This document shows, in pieces, positions 30,763 to 41,800 of a stretch of 64,000 nt of DNA; position 1 is the first letter of the stretch; each line of letters begins with the position of its first letter. The DNA is from Bacilli bacterium (lineage in GTDB: Bacteria; Bacillota_I; Bacilli_A; ML615J-28; CAG-313): contig JAZSNL010000020.1 of assembly GCA_045536365.1 (NCBI GenBank), forward strand, positions 30,463 through 94,462, read 5' to 3'. The notes beneath the pieces are model-generated. The model did no database searches and was not told the DNA's origin. It worked only from the letters and a program-made list of their open reading frames with translations. The translations under genes were made by a program, and so were the position numbers.

Positions 30763-30870
30763 ACTTTACCTCCTTTTTTGTTCATTCTATAATATGTAAA
30801 GTATTCATAAATGTTTAGACAATTACCTATTATTTAGTTTTTTTTATAAATTTGTGTTATAATATAAAAG

Positions 30871-31140
30871 GTGATTAAAATGAAAAGAAAAGAAGAAGAA
30901 CAAATTTTATTCGATATTGATTATGATATGTTTACTACAGATGAAATAATCAAAATATATAATTTTTATAATTTAATGATTAAACATCATAAGAAGCCAA
31001 TGAATAAGGATAAAGTCTTAGCCGCATATCGTGAATATAAAAATATTATTAATAATATATCATTAGAAAAAAAGTATAATAAAGAATTTGAAAAATGTAC
31101 AGGAATATCAATTTATCAAGAAATTAATAAATTAATATAA
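30871..31140 (+). CDS. UPF0223 (YktA-like) small protein
   Basis: 89 aa; FTTDEIIKIYNFY...AAYREYK...EFEKCTGISIY resembles the UPF0223 pattern. Confidence 0.4.
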   Translation: MIKMKRKEEEQILFDIDYDMFTTDEIIKIYNFYNLMIKHHKKPMNKDKVLAAYREYKNIINNISLEKKYNKEFEKCTGISIYQEINKLI

Positions 31141-31335
31141 ATGTTCATTTCCATCTCTAATGCCGAGATATGTTTCTAATCGATTAACTCTTTTAGTTAA
31201 TTCGTTAATTAAACGTTTGTTTTCCTCTATTTCTGTTAATAAACGATTAACGTCAAAATTAAAAGACATATCTGGATAATTCGGGATTGGCATATATTGA
31301 TTAGGATATCCTAATCTTTTTTTATTTCCAAACAT
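31132..31335 (-). CDS. small hypothetical coiled-coil protein (possibly spore-associated)
   Basis: 67 aa, convergent with neighbours. Confidence 0.3.
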   Translation of the reverse strand: MFGNKKRLGYPNQYMPIPNYPDMSFNFDVNRLLTEIEENKRLINELTKRVNRLETYLGIRDGNEHLY

Positions 31336-31360
31336 ATATCTACTCCTTTCAATATATTTT

Positions 31361-31846
31361 ATGAATAACTTAGATTTTTGTCACAAAACAATGAAAAAAT
31401 TAATAAATTATAGTAGGGGTGATAAAGTGTCAAAAAGACTTGAAGAATTTAGAGTATTTGTATCTAAGTATCCTAGTATAAGAAATGATGTTTTAAATGG
31501 AAAAAAGACATGGCAAAATATATATGAGGACTGGGTATTATTTGGTGAGAATTCTGATATATGGAATATATATAAAGGCATTAGTAACAGTACTGCTAGT
31601 AGCACTACTAATAGTGATTCAATTAATTTAAATAAGACAACATTAAATGATATAAAAAATATGAAATTAGAAGATTTATTATCAGGAGATAATTTAAAGA
31701 ATGTTTGGGGTTATGTTAAAAAAATTAATCCGGATAATTTGAGTAAAACATTAAATACAGTTCAAAAAGTGTTACAGATAACCCAAAGTTTCGGATCTAA
31801 ACCAAGTGGTTTATATAATGCTAATTATAATAGTTGGTGGGATTAA
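31361..31846 (+). CDS. YlbD-like putative spore coat protein
   Basis: LEEFRVFVSKYPSIRNDVLNGKKTWQNIYEDWVLFGE resembles the YlbD_coat family; followed by a YlbE-like gene. Confidence 0.4.
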   Translation: MNNLDFCHKTMKKLINYSRGDKVSKRLEEFRVFVSKYPSIRNDVLNGKKTWQNIYEDWVLFGENSDIWNIYKGISNSTASSTTNSDSINLNKTTLNDIKNMKLEDLLSGDNLKNVWGYVKKINPDNLSKTLNTVQKVLQITQSFGSKPSGLYNANYNSWWD

Positions 31847-32070
31847 TGAAAAAAGAGATTTTAGATTTATTATACACAAATGATATGTATTTAACTTATT
31901 TAAGATATCATCCTAAATGGTATATTATTTTAAATGATAATCCTAACTTATATTCTGAATTTGAAAAAGAATTGAAAGTTAATTTAAAATTAACAACAGC
32001 TGATAAAATTGATAATTTAAGAAAACAAATAGATTTTATTAATGGAATAGTAAAATATTTAAATTCATAG
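31846..32070 (+). CDS. YlbE-like small protein
   Basis: 74 aa from ATG 31846 overlapping previous stop; LTYLRYHPKWY motif. Confidence 0.35.
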   Translation: MKKEILDLLYTNDMYLTYLRYHPKWYIILNDNPNLYSEFEKELKVNLKLTTADKIDNLRKQIDFINGIVKYLNS

Positions 32071-32117
32071 ATTTATTTTTAATAATATGATACAATTTCT
32101 ATAAAGAAGGTGAAAAT

Positions 32118-33599
32118 ATGCGTCAAGCGGGAATATTACTTCATATAAGTAGTTTACCAAATCAATATGGTATTGGAACATTAGGTAAGGAAGCTTATGA
32201 TTTTGTTGATTTTTTAGTAAAATCTAAACAAAAACTATGGCAAGTACTACCGATATGTCCAACTTCATTTGGTGATTCTCCATATCAAACAACTGGTAGT
32301 TTTGGAGGTAACCCATATTTTATTGATTTTGATTTATTAAAAGAAGAAGGATTATTAAAAGAAGAAGATTATGATTATTTAAAAACATCTAATTCTAAAA
32401 TAGATTACGGATTCTTGTATGAAACTAGATATATAGTTTTAAAGAAAGCATATGATAATTTTAAATCAATAAAAGATGATGATTTTAATAAATTTATTAA
32501 TGAGGAATCATATTGGTTAAATGACTTTGCTTTATTTTCTTCGATTAAAAAGAAATTTAATGGCTCAAGTTGGTTATATTGGCCTAGAGAATATCGTTAT
32601 AAAGAAAAAGAAATAATCGATAATTTTATTTTAGAAAATAAAGAGGAAATTGAATTTCAACAATTTATTCAATATAAATTTTATCAACAATGGAAAAATT
32701 TAAAATTTTACGCAAATGAAAATGGAATTAAGATAATAGGCGATTTACCTATATATGTTTCTTTAGATAGTGCAGATGTATGGTCGAATCCTAAAAACTA
32801 TCAATTAAATGAAGATTTAGTTCCAAAGAAAGTTGCGGGGGTACCACCTGATGCTTTTTCAGATATAGGTCAATTATGGGGGAATCCATTATATGATTAC
32901 AAAGAAATGAAAAAGAACAATTATAAATGGTGGGTAATTAGAATTAAACATGCGTTAAATAATTTTGATATTGTGCGAATTGATCATTTTAGAGGCTTTG
33001 AAGCATATTGGGCTATTCCTTACGAAGATGATACTGCTATTAATGGTAAATGGGTAAAAGGTCCGGGGTATGGTTTATTTAAAACAATTGAAAATGAGTT
33101 AAATATTAAAGGTGAATTTAGAATAATAGCAGAAGACTTAGGCTTCTTAACTGAAGAAGTTCATAAGTTATTAAAGAAAACAGGTTATCCAGGAATGAAA
33201 ATTTTAGAGTTTGCTTTTGATCCGGAAAATGATAATGATTATATGCCTTATAATATCGGAGAAAATTCAATTGTTTATCCTGGTACTCATGATAATATGA
33301 CCATCAAGGGATGGTATTTAGAAGGTATTGATGAAGAAACTAGATTATATGTTGATCAATACTTAGAAATACATCATATTAATGATGTTGTTCCTCGCGT
33401 TATAAGAGCTGCTTTAAATACTAAGGCTCATACTGTAATTGTGCAAATGCAGGATTATTTAGAATTAGATAATTCTGCTAGAATGAATGAACCTTCTACT
33501 ACAGGTAAAAATTGGGTATGGAGATTAGAAAAAGAAGATTTAAGTGAATATACAAGTGAAAGAATAAGATATTGGACAAAAGTATATCGAAGAGATTAA
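32118..33599 (+). CDS. malQ: 4-alpha-glucanotransferase (amylomaltase, GH77)
   Basis: MRQAGILLHISSLP...YGIGTLG N-terminus, GDLPIYV, catalytic RIDHFRGF. Confidence 0.85.
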   Translation: MRQAGILLHISSLPNQYGIGTLGKEAYDFVDFLVKSKQKLWQVLPICPTSFGDSPYQTTGSFGGNPYFIDFDLLKEEGLLKEEDYDYLKTSNSKIDYGFLYETRYIVLKKAYDNFKSIKDDDFNKFINEESYWLNDFALFSSIKKKFNGSSWLYWPREYRYKEKEIIDNFILENKEEIEFQQFIQYKFYQQWKNLKFYANENGIKIIGDLPIYVSLDSADVWSNPKNYQLNEDLVPKKVAGVPPDAFSDIGQLWGNPLYDYKEMKKNNYKWWVIRIKHALNNFDIVRIDHFRGFEAYWAIPYEDDTAINGKWVKGPGYGLFKTIENELNIKGEFRIIAEDLGFLTEEVHKLLKKTGYPGMKILEFAFDPENDNDYMPYNIGENSIVYPGTHDNMTIKGWYLEGIDEETRLYVDQYLEIHHINDVVPRVIRAALNTKAHTVIVQMQDYLELDNSARMNEPSTTGKNWVWRLEKEDLSEYTSERIRYWTKVYRRD

Positions 33600-33633
33600 C
33601 TGTCAAGTAAAATTACTTGACAGTTTTATTTTG
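33599..33633 (+). terminator. Rho-independent terminator
   Basis: CTGTCAAGTAA-AAT-TACTTGACAG + TTTTATTTT. Confidence 0.75.
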
Positions 33634-33677
33634 TTATGGTATAATATATATAGAAAAAAATTAGGAGGAATAAAAAT

Positions 33678-33944
33678 ATGGTTAAATTAAGATCTCAAAG
33701 ATTTGGTTCTAAGAAAAAACCTTTCTATCGTATTGTTGCAACAGATTCTCGTAATCCTCGTGATGGTCGTTTTATTGAAATCGTTGGAACTTACAATCCA
33801 TTAACTAATCCTGCACAAGTTAAATTTGATGAAGAAAAAACTTTAAAATGGTTAGAATGTGGAGCTAAACCAACTGATACTGTTAAATCATTATTAGTTA
33901 GAGAAGGCATTTACGCAAAGTTTAATAACAAAGAAGCTAAATAG
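33678..33944 (+). CDS. rpsP: 30S ribosomal protein S16
   Basis: [34 protein letters not shown]. Confidence 0.9.
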   Translation: MVKLRSQRFGSKKKPFYRIVATDSRNPRDGRFIEIVGTYNPLTNPAQVKFDEEKTLKWLECGAKPTDTVKSLLVREGIYAKFNNKEAK

Positions 33945-33952
33945 GTGAACTC

Positions 33953-34219
33953 ATGGGCGAAATTAATTACGAATCTTTAGTTGCGAAATTAATTGAGCCA
34001 CTTGTTACTCACCCAGAGGATGTAAAGGTTGTTGTTGAACAATTAGGTGATAGTGAATATCATATCAAAGCTTTCGTTAATCCTAGTGATTTAGGTAGAG
34101 TAATTGGTAAAAAAGGAAGAGTAGCAAGTGCGATCAGAACTATTGCTAACGCTGCTGCTGTTAGACAAAGTGATTCTATCGAAATTGAATTTGACTCTTT
34201 AGAAAATTTAAATAACTAA
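33953..34219 (+). CDS. ylqC: KH-domain RNA-binding protein YlqC
   Basis: VIGKKGRVASAIRTIA KH motif; follows rpsP. Confidence 0.7.
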   Translation: MGEINYESLVAKLIEPLVTHPEDVKVVVEQLGDSEYHIKAFVNPSDLGRVIGKKGRVASAIRTIANAAAVRQSDSIEIEFDSLENLNN

Positions 34220-34339
34220 ACTTTGTTATAAAATAGTAATACATTGTATTACTATTTTTATTTTTCTTGAAATAATAATTTAAATAGTTTATAATAAACG
34301 TATAAATATATGTTTATACGTTTATGAAAGGAGGATAAT

Positions 34340-34645
34340 ATGGAAATTCAAAATAATAGTATAATATGTGAATTATCTAATATATTATCAGTATTAGGAG
34401 AACCTACAAGACTTTCGATAGTAATTTATTTATTAGATGAACCAGCAAATGTTACTGATATAACAAAACATTTAAACTTAAGTCAACCAATTGTTTCTCA
34501 TCATTTAAGAGTTTTAAAAGATGCGAGAATATTATCATCATATAAAAGGGGTAAATGTACATATTATTGTATAAGCAGTGATTATGTACGTGGTATAGTA
34601 GAAGATAGTGTAAAAATGATGGAAGTAGGTGTTATTCATGACTAG
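34340..34645 (+). CDS. ArsR/SmtB-family metal-sensing repressor
   Basis: LGEPTRLSIV...ITKHL.LSQP.VSHHLRVLKDARI wHTH; overlaps start of P-type ATPase. Confidence 0.7.
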   Translation: MEIQNNSIICELSNILSVLGEPTRLSIVIYLLDEPANVTDITKHLNLSQPIVSHHLRVLKDARILSSYKRGKCTYYCISSDYVRGIVEDSVKMMEVGVIHD

Positions 34646-37109
34646 TTCTGTTAAAATATATCAATTATCGAATATTAAAAATAAAAATAATTTTAAGAGA
34701 ATAATGAATGAAATTAAAAAATTATCTTTCATTAAAACTGTAAATATTTCTAAATCTCAAGGTGTAATGAAAATAGAATATAATGAAGATGAAAACATTA
34801 CACTGGAATTAGCGGAAGAAAGTGTATTAAAAGCCATTAGAATATATGAAAAGAAAGCTAATATTTTAAGAAAAGAAGATTTAGAGGTATATCGTAAAGT
34901 ATTATATTTAAAAGGTTTAGATTGTGGTAATTGTGCTTCAAGAATTGAAACAATTGCGAAAAAAGAATTAAATCATGAAAAAATTGTGGTTGATTTTGCG
35001 ACAACAAGATTTATTATTGAGACAACTGATAAAGATTTTGTTGATAATGCTGTTGCAATAGTAACTAGTATAGCACATCGTGTAGATGATAGAATTATTG
35101 TTAATGATTCACAAACGCAAAAGAAAGAATATAAATTTGAAGTTCCTAAATCTAATCCTATTTCTATTGCTATTTTCATTATCGGTTTATGTTTATTAAT
35201 AGCCGGTATTATTGTTCAAGTAAATCATGGCACGTTCCATGGACTACTTGAGATAATTAAACAATTTCATTCAGAAGAAATGGTATATTGTGAGCATACT
35301 ATAGTTTTATTTATCTGTTCATATATATGTGTAGGTATGCCAGTATTGATTAGATTTTTTAAGAGTATATTTAAAAAACAATTTTTCGATGAAAACTTTT
35401 TAACTGCTATTGCATCTATTGGTGCTCTTGCAACAGCACATTTCATTGAAAGTATTTTAGTTCTTGCTTTATATGTAATAGGTGATAAATTACAACAAAG
35501 AGCAGTTAATCATTCAAGAAAATCAATTAATGAATTATTAACATTAAGTGTTAAAACAACGAAAATTAAAATTAATGGTGAAATAATTGAATCTGAAGTA
35601 GAAAGTGTTTTACCAGATGATATTATTGTTATAGATAAAGGTGAAGTCGTTTCACTTGATGGTATTATTGTTGAAGGTAAAACAATTATTGATACTAAAA
35701 ATATTACTGGAGAATCATTAAACCGTGAAGTTGGTGTTGGTGATGAAGTATTAGCTGGTACTGTCAATATGGGTAATTCAATCGAAATTAAAGTATCAAG
35801 AATTTATAATGAATCAATGATTTCACAAATTATTGATTCAGTTGAGAATGCTAGTATATCAAAAGCTAAAACAGAGACTTTAATTACTAAATTTTCTAAG
35901 ATTTATACACCGTTAGTTGTTGCGTTAGCAATAGTAATGGTTGCGTTATTTGGTGGTATATCTTGGTTAAGAACAGGTGATGTTGAAGAAATTTATAGTT
36001 GGATTTATCGTGCAATGGTATTCTTAGTAGTATCTTGTCCTTGTTCACTAGTTATTTCAATACCTCTTTGTTTCTTTAGCGGTATTGGTATGAGTAGCAA
36101 AAAAGGTATTTTAGTTAAGGGCGGTAATTATTTAGAAGCTTTATCTCAATCTAAACAAATTGTTTTTGATAAAACTGGTACTCTTACTAAGGGTGAATTT
36201 AAAGTTATTGATGTTGTTTCTAATAATGAAAAAATATCAAAAGAAGAAGTTTTGAGTTTAATTGTTTATGCAGAATATTATTCTCATCATCCTATTGGTG
36301 TTTCTATTGTTGATGAATATGGTAGGGATAAAGTATATACTGGAATAATTGATGATTTTGAAGATGTAGTAGGTGGTGGTGTTAAAGCTACTATTAATGG
36401 TAATAAGATCTTAGTTGGTAGTCTTCGCTTTATGAAAAAACAAAAGATTGATGTTCCAGAAATTGATGCGATGGGATTAGTAATTTATCTTGCAAGAGAA
36501 AGAAATTATATTGGTTATATTGTTGTAGGTGATAGTATTAGAGATGATGCTATTGAGTCTATTCAAGAACTAAGAAGATTGGGTATTGAAAAGAGTTATA
36601 TTTTTACTGGTGATAGTAAAGGTATTGCAGAAAATGTAGCTAATAGATTAGGCATTGATGAAGTATATTCTGAATTATTACCAAATCAAAAAGTAGAAAA
36701 ATTAGAAGAAGTTATGTCAAAAGATAATAAACATAAGACTATTTTCGTTGGTGATGGTATTAATGATGCTCCTGTTATATCAAAAGCAGATGTAGGTATT
36801 GCAATGGCATCTTCGGCTGCTGATGCTACTATCGCAATAGCTGATATTGTTATTGTTGGTGATGATTTAGATAAACTTGTTGATGCTTATAAGATTTCTA
36901 AAAAGATTCATCGTAAGGTTATTCAAAACATTATTTTATGTTTAGGTGTAAAAATAGTAGTTATGCTTTTAACCGCAATTCCAAATATAACTGTTCCTCT
37001 ATGGCTTGCGATAATATCAGATGTAGGTTTATCTTTAATTGCAATTTCTAATTCAATTTTAATTGATCAAAGGAAATTTAAAAAAGGTGATAAAAATGCA
37101 AAGAAGTAA
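34638..37109 (+). CDS. heavy-metal (Cd/Zn/Co-type) P1B-type ATPase
   Basis: HMA GLDCGNCASRIE, TM CPC motif SCPCSLVIS, DKTGTLT phosphorylation site, SHHPIG, GDGINDAP. Confidence 0.8.
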   Translation: MTSSVKIYQLSNIKNKNNFKRIMNEIKKLSFIKTVNISKSQGVMKIEYNEDENITLELAEESVLKAIRIYEKKANILRKEDLEVYRKVLYLKGLDCGNCASRIETIAKKELNHEKIVVDFATTRFIIETTDKDFVDNAVAIVTSIAHRVDDRIIVNDSQTQKKEYKFEVPKSNPISIAIFIIGLCLLIAGIIVQVNHGTFHGLLEIIKQFHSEEMVYCEHTIVLFICSYICVGMPVLIRFFKSIFKKQFFDENFLTAIASIGALATAHFIESILVLALYVIGDKLQQRAVNHSRKSINELLTLSVKTTKIKINGEIIESEVESVLPDDIIVIDKGEVVSLDGIIVEGKTIIDTKNITGESLNREVGVGDEVLAGTVNMGNSIEIKVSRIYNESMISQIIDSVENASISKAKTETLITKFSKIYTPLVVALAIVMVALFGGISWLRTGDVEEIYSWIYRAMVFLVVSCPCSLVISIPLCFFSGIGMSSKKGILVKGGNYLEALSQSKQIVFDKTGTLTKGEFKVIDVVSNNEKISKEEVLSLIVYAEYYSHHPIGVSIVDEYGRDKVYTGIIDDFEDVVGGGVKATINGNKILVGSLRFMKKQKIDVPEIDAMGLVIYLARERNYIGYIVVGDSIRDDAIESIQELRRLGIEKSYIFTGDSKGIAENVANRLGIDEVYSELLPNQKVEKLEEVMSKDNKHKTIFVGDGINDAPVISKADVGIAMASSAADATIAIADIVIVGDDLDKLVDAYKISKKIHRKVIQNIILCLGVKIVVMLLTAIPNITVPLWLAIISDVGLSLIAISNSILIDQRKFKKGDKNAKK

Positions 37110-37593
37110 AATGGCATATATAGGTAAAATTATTAATACTTTTGGTATTAAAGGTGAATTGAAAATATATTCAGAAAGTGATTTTATTGAATATCGTTAT
37201 CAAAAAGGTGCTATTATTTATATTGATAATAAACAACATATTGTATCATCTTTTAGAAATCATCAAAATATGGTTTTAATTACAATTGATGATATAAAAG
37301 ATATTAATATGGTTTTACAATATGTTGGTAAGGATATATATGCATCTAATGATGATTTACCTGTTTTAGATGAAGATGAATATTATTTAGATGATTTAAT
37401 TGGATTAAAGGTTTATAATCAAAATGATAAATACTTAGGTACTGTTAATGATTTTTTGGATTTACCTCAAGGTGATGTTATGGAGATTATAACAGATCAA
37501 AAAAAGAAAATTTTAATTCCTTTTGTTGATGAATTTATTGTTGAAATAACAAATGAAAAAATAGTAATAAATGAAATTGAGGGATTAATATGA
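37096..37593 (+). CDS. rimM: 16S rRNA processing protein RimM
   Basis: MAYIGKIINTFGIKGELKIY N-terminus; ATG 37096 after GGTGA RBS, overlapping ATPase stop; precedes trmD. Confidence 0.75.
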   Translation: MQRSKMAYIGKIINTFGIKGELKIYSESDFIEYRYQKGAIIYIDNKQHIVSSFRNHQNMVLITIDDIKDINMVLQYVGKDIYASNDDLPVLDEDEYYLDDLIGLKVYNQNDKYLGTVNDFLDLPQGDVMEIITDQKKKILIPFVDEFIVEITNEKIVINEIEGLI

Positions 37594-38315
37594 TGACATT
37601 TGATATTTTAACATTATTTCCTGAGATGTTTGAAGGTATTATTAATAGTTCTATTATTAAAAGAGCAATAGAAAAGGAATTAATAAAAATAAATATTATT
37701 GATTTTAGACAATATTCTGGTAATAAACACATGACAGTTGATGATTATGCATATGGTGGTGGAGCAGGTATGTTAATTCGTGTTGATCCTATTCATCGAG
37801 CATTACAAGAAATTCCTAATATTGATAAAGCTTATAAAATATTAACAACTCCGTCAGGCCATTTATGGAGTCAACAAAAAGCAGAACAATTATCAAAAAA
37901 TGACCATATTGTTATTATATGTGGTCATTATGAAGGTATTGATGAACGTATTACTAATTATATAAATGAAGAAATCTCTGTAGGTGACTATGTTTTAACA
38001 GGCGGTGAAATTCCTGCAGCAATCATTTTTGATTCTGTTTCAAGATTAGTTCCAGGTGTTATTAAAGATGAATCAATTATGTTAGAATCGTTTACAACTG
38101 GTATTTTAGAATACCCTCAATATACAAGACCCCCTGTTTATGATGGTCATGAGGTTCCTGAGGTATTATTATCAGGTCATCATGCGAATATTAAAAAGTG
38201 GCAAAGATACCAAGCCTTAAAGAAAACTTATCAAAATAGGCCGGAATTATTAAAAGAAGTAGAACTATCAAAAGAAGATTTAAAAATGTTAGAGGAAATA
38301 AAAAATGAAGCGTAG
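37590..38315 (+). CDS. trmD: tRNA (guanine37-N1)-methyltransferase
   Basis: MTFDILTLFPEMF start, GGGAGM, ICGHYEGIDER, SPOUT knot motifs. Confidence 0.9.
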   Translation: MMTFDILTLFPEMFEGIINSSIIKRAIEKELIKINIIDFRQYSGNKHMTVDDYAYGGGAGMLIRVDPIHRALQEIPNIDKAYKILTTPSGHLWSQQKAEQLSKNDHIVIICGHYEGIDERITNYINEEISVGDYVLTGGEIPAAIIFDSVSRLVPGVIKDESIMLESFTTGILEYPQYTRPPVYDGHEVPEVLLSGHHANIKKWQRYQALKKTYQNRPELLKEVELSKEDLKMLEEIKNEA

Positions 38316-38754
38316 TATATATATAATATTGTTACTCTTATTTATTTTTCCTTGTTTATCTAGTTGTAAAAAAATTATAACAACTGATAAAAATAGTGCT
38401 GATAAATATATAGAAACACTGTATAAATATCAAATAGGTCAAAAGAAAAATGGAATTATGATTGATTTAAGGGATATTGATATATATGCAGAAGGTCATA
38501 TTAAAGGTTTTATTAGTTATGATTATTTAAAAGATCCTGATGGGTTTATCCCTTATATGGAAGGAATGTACTCAAAAGATAAAGTAGTCTTTTTACTAAG
38601 TGATGAAAGTGACTTGATACTTGAAGTGTCAAAAATTTTACAAGAAAACGGGTATAAGAAGATATATATTTATTTAGATGGATATGATAGTTTAATTAGT
38701 CTTTCATCTGATTATTTCTTTATTGAAACTGGTTTAGATAATTGTGGATGTTAA
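38305..38754 (+). CDS. rhodanese-domain lipoprotein
   Basis: Lipobox LSSCKK; DLRDIDIYAEGHIKG rhodanese fold. Confidence 0.55.
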   Translation: MKRSIYIILLLLFIFPCLSSCKKIITTDKNSADKYIETLYKYQIGQKKNGIMIDLRDIDIYAEGHIKGFISYDYLKDPDGFIPYMEGMYSKDKVVFLLSDESDLILEVSKILQENGYKKIYIYLDGYDSLISLSSDYFFIETGLDNCGC

Positions 38755-38787
38755 AAAAGAATCTGTATTACAGATTCTTTTTTAATT
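38755..38787 (+). terminator. Rho-independent terminator (left edge of island)
   Basis: AAAGAATCTGTA-TTA-CAGATTCTTT + TTTT. Confidence 0.75.
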
Positions 38788-38874
38788 AATTTTTACTGTT
38801 TCGACAAAAAACGACAAATTTCTTCTTTCGATAATAGTATAATAAAGTTGTAAAAGTAAGAAAGGAGATATAAT

Positions 38875-41800
38875 ATGAAGAAAATTTTTATTATAATATT
38901 AGTTATATCGCTAATATTAAACAGTATTCCGTTTGCACCACTAGGAAAATTACTAGCAGCGGAATCAAATTCAATTGAGGAAACAATAGTTTCAAATAAT
39001 ATGGAGGGTTCAGATGAAATTGAATATGAAATTGAATCATTAAGAGAACCTAATTTAAAAGTATTTAAAAGAAAAGATGGATTAATAGAATATAACTATT
39101 ATGAAGAAAATGTTCATTATTTAGAAGATGGTATATATAAAGAATATGATGTTTCTTTTAATGAATCAAATAGTTCGTATTCTAATACTGTAAATGGATA
39201 TGAAGTAGTGCTTCCCAAGAATTTAAAAAAGTCTAATATTATATTAAGACATCAAGAGGATGTTTTGAAAATAAAATATTTAAGTAATACTTCAAGTAAT
39301 TCCTCATCTAAAAAAATAAAAGAAGAAAAAGAAAATAAAAAAGATGTAATTACTACAAAGTCTAAAGTAGAATATAAAAATGTTTTAAAACATTCAATTA
39401 TTGAATTAATCCATACACCTACAGGATTAAAAGAAAATATTATATTAGAAAAGTATGTTAAAAATTATAGTTTTAGTTATATAATTGAAACTAGTTTAAA
39501 ATTAGTAAATGAAAATGATACTTTATATTTTTATAATGATTATGAAAAAGAAATATTTAGATTTAATCCTTATAATATTGTAGATAGTCAAAATAGGATA
39601 TCATATGATGTAGAGTTAAATATATCAATTACAGAAGAAGGTTACTTAGTAGATGTTATACCAAGTGATGAAGTATTAAAAGAATTTACTTATCCAATAA
39701 CAATTGATCCAGTAATTGAATATTCGAGTTCTACAATAGCCAGCAATATAAAAACTAAGTATTTCAGAAAAAATTTCAATGGAACAACACCAGGAATTAA
39801 AATAGAAAAATATGTTAATACTTTCCAAAATGCAGATGGTACATTTGGTAGTGAAGATATTTCTACTCTTACCATAATGGAGATAGATGAAGATATATTG
39901 GATGATAATCTTAATGTAGACACAATTAAATTTGCAAAATTAAAATTTAGGATTAAATCTTCAACACAGGATAATTCATATGATATAGCTGTAAATAGAA
40001 TAACGAGATTCTATGTTGGTGATGTGCCTTTTATTTCATATCCATATGATAATATAGATGGATACACAAATTATGAAACAAAGTCGATAGGAACTATGAA
40101 AAGAGTTGAAAACGCGTATGAACTCGATTTAACAAATGTAATCAAAGAAACAAAACATAACACAATGGTGTTAGAACTTACTGCAAAAAACATACCTAAT
40201 AATGAAGAAAATGTTATTTTATATGATTCTTCTTATACAGATAATAGTCAGAGACCTATGTTAACAATAGCATATATGGACAGCATGGGATTAATTGACT
40301 TTTTAACTTATCATACAGTAACATCAGGTAATACAACAGCTTACGTAAATGATTGTTTTGGTAATTTGGTCGTTGAACAAACTGATTATTTATCAAATTC
40401 AGAAAAAATATCATTTGATATAAGTCATTATTATAATATATCTTCTTCTACTACATCGGATTATGATGTAGGATATGGAAGAGGTATGACTTTAAGTTAC
40501 CTTGAAAGGGTTGTTCCAGAAACGTTAAATACTGAATATTATTCTGTTATTGAATCAACAGGTAGAAAAAAGTATTATAAAAAAGGAGCTATTACTCAAA
40601 ATGGATTTACCTATGTTAGTGAAGAGGGAGATGATGAATACTTAATAGTAAATTTAGCATCTTCAGTACCATATAAAAAAGTCATTCAAGAAAAATATGC
40701 GTATTGTTATGATAATGAAGGATATTTAGTAAAAATAATGGAACGCTTTACTCTGACTACTTTTATAGAGATCACTTATAAAACTACAACATATAGGGGT
40801 AATAAATTAATAGATGAAATAAAGGATTCTTCTAATAACTACGCAAAATTTATATATGAAAATAATCACTTATCAAAGATTCAAATATATAAAGCTACAT
40901 ACGAAGGAGAAAATGTTATAGGATATGAAATATCACAAACTAATAAATATGAATATGATAGTTCATTTAGAATGATAAAAACTTTATATTATAAAGGAAA
41001 TGAAGAAATTCTATTAGGTAAAGAAGAATATGAATACAATACAACAGATGATACATTATTAAAAATAGAGAGTTATAATTATAATGGAACTGAATATATT
41101 TTCATATCAAATATGGAGTTTTTATATTTAAATGAACAAGTAGTAGAATATTCTTCTCTTTTAGGTAGTAACAAAGAAAATGAAACTACTATGAAGATGT
41201 ATATTGAGTATGGAGATAGAACAACTACATTCACTAATAGCCTGGGACAAAGCACAAAATATTTATTTGATTATTTCGGACATACAAAAACAGTAATTGA
41301 TAATTATGGTAATACAACACATTATAAATATGCAAATTACAATAATGAACTATATAAGGATAATCCAAATTATGTTTTGAAACATCAAATTGAGGAAGTA
41401 TCAAGTCCTGTGAATTTAGGTTATAATTTAATTGATAATCATTCATTTGAAGAAGGAGAAAACCATTGGAATATATATTCTGGGGATATAGTGTATACTT
41501 CTGCATATGGATTAAAAGCATTGAAAGTAGATTTATCAAATAGTAATGAGAATACCGTTACAGCAAACCAAAAAATTAGTGTACAGACAAATAAAGTATA
41601 TACCCTTACCGCATTTATTAAAGGAAGCGGTGATATTTTGATAGTATCAGATAATGAAAATTATACTGTTTCCCAAAGCGAGTTGACTGAAACTACTGAT
41701 GATTATTTTTTATATAAAAAAACATTTAGTGTAAGCAGCATAGATCCAGATGAAGAATATGCAGAAGTGTATATTAATTTATGTACAAAAGAAACAGATC

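Noticed and set aside
34973-35767. Minus-strand ORFs inside P-type ATPase
   Set aside because: Antisense to a strongly supported gene.
38790-38874. Promoter for the RHS gene
   Set aside because: TATAAT at 38838..38843 is clear but no convincing -35 (only a CGACAAA direct repeat upstream); left as uncertain rather than annotated.
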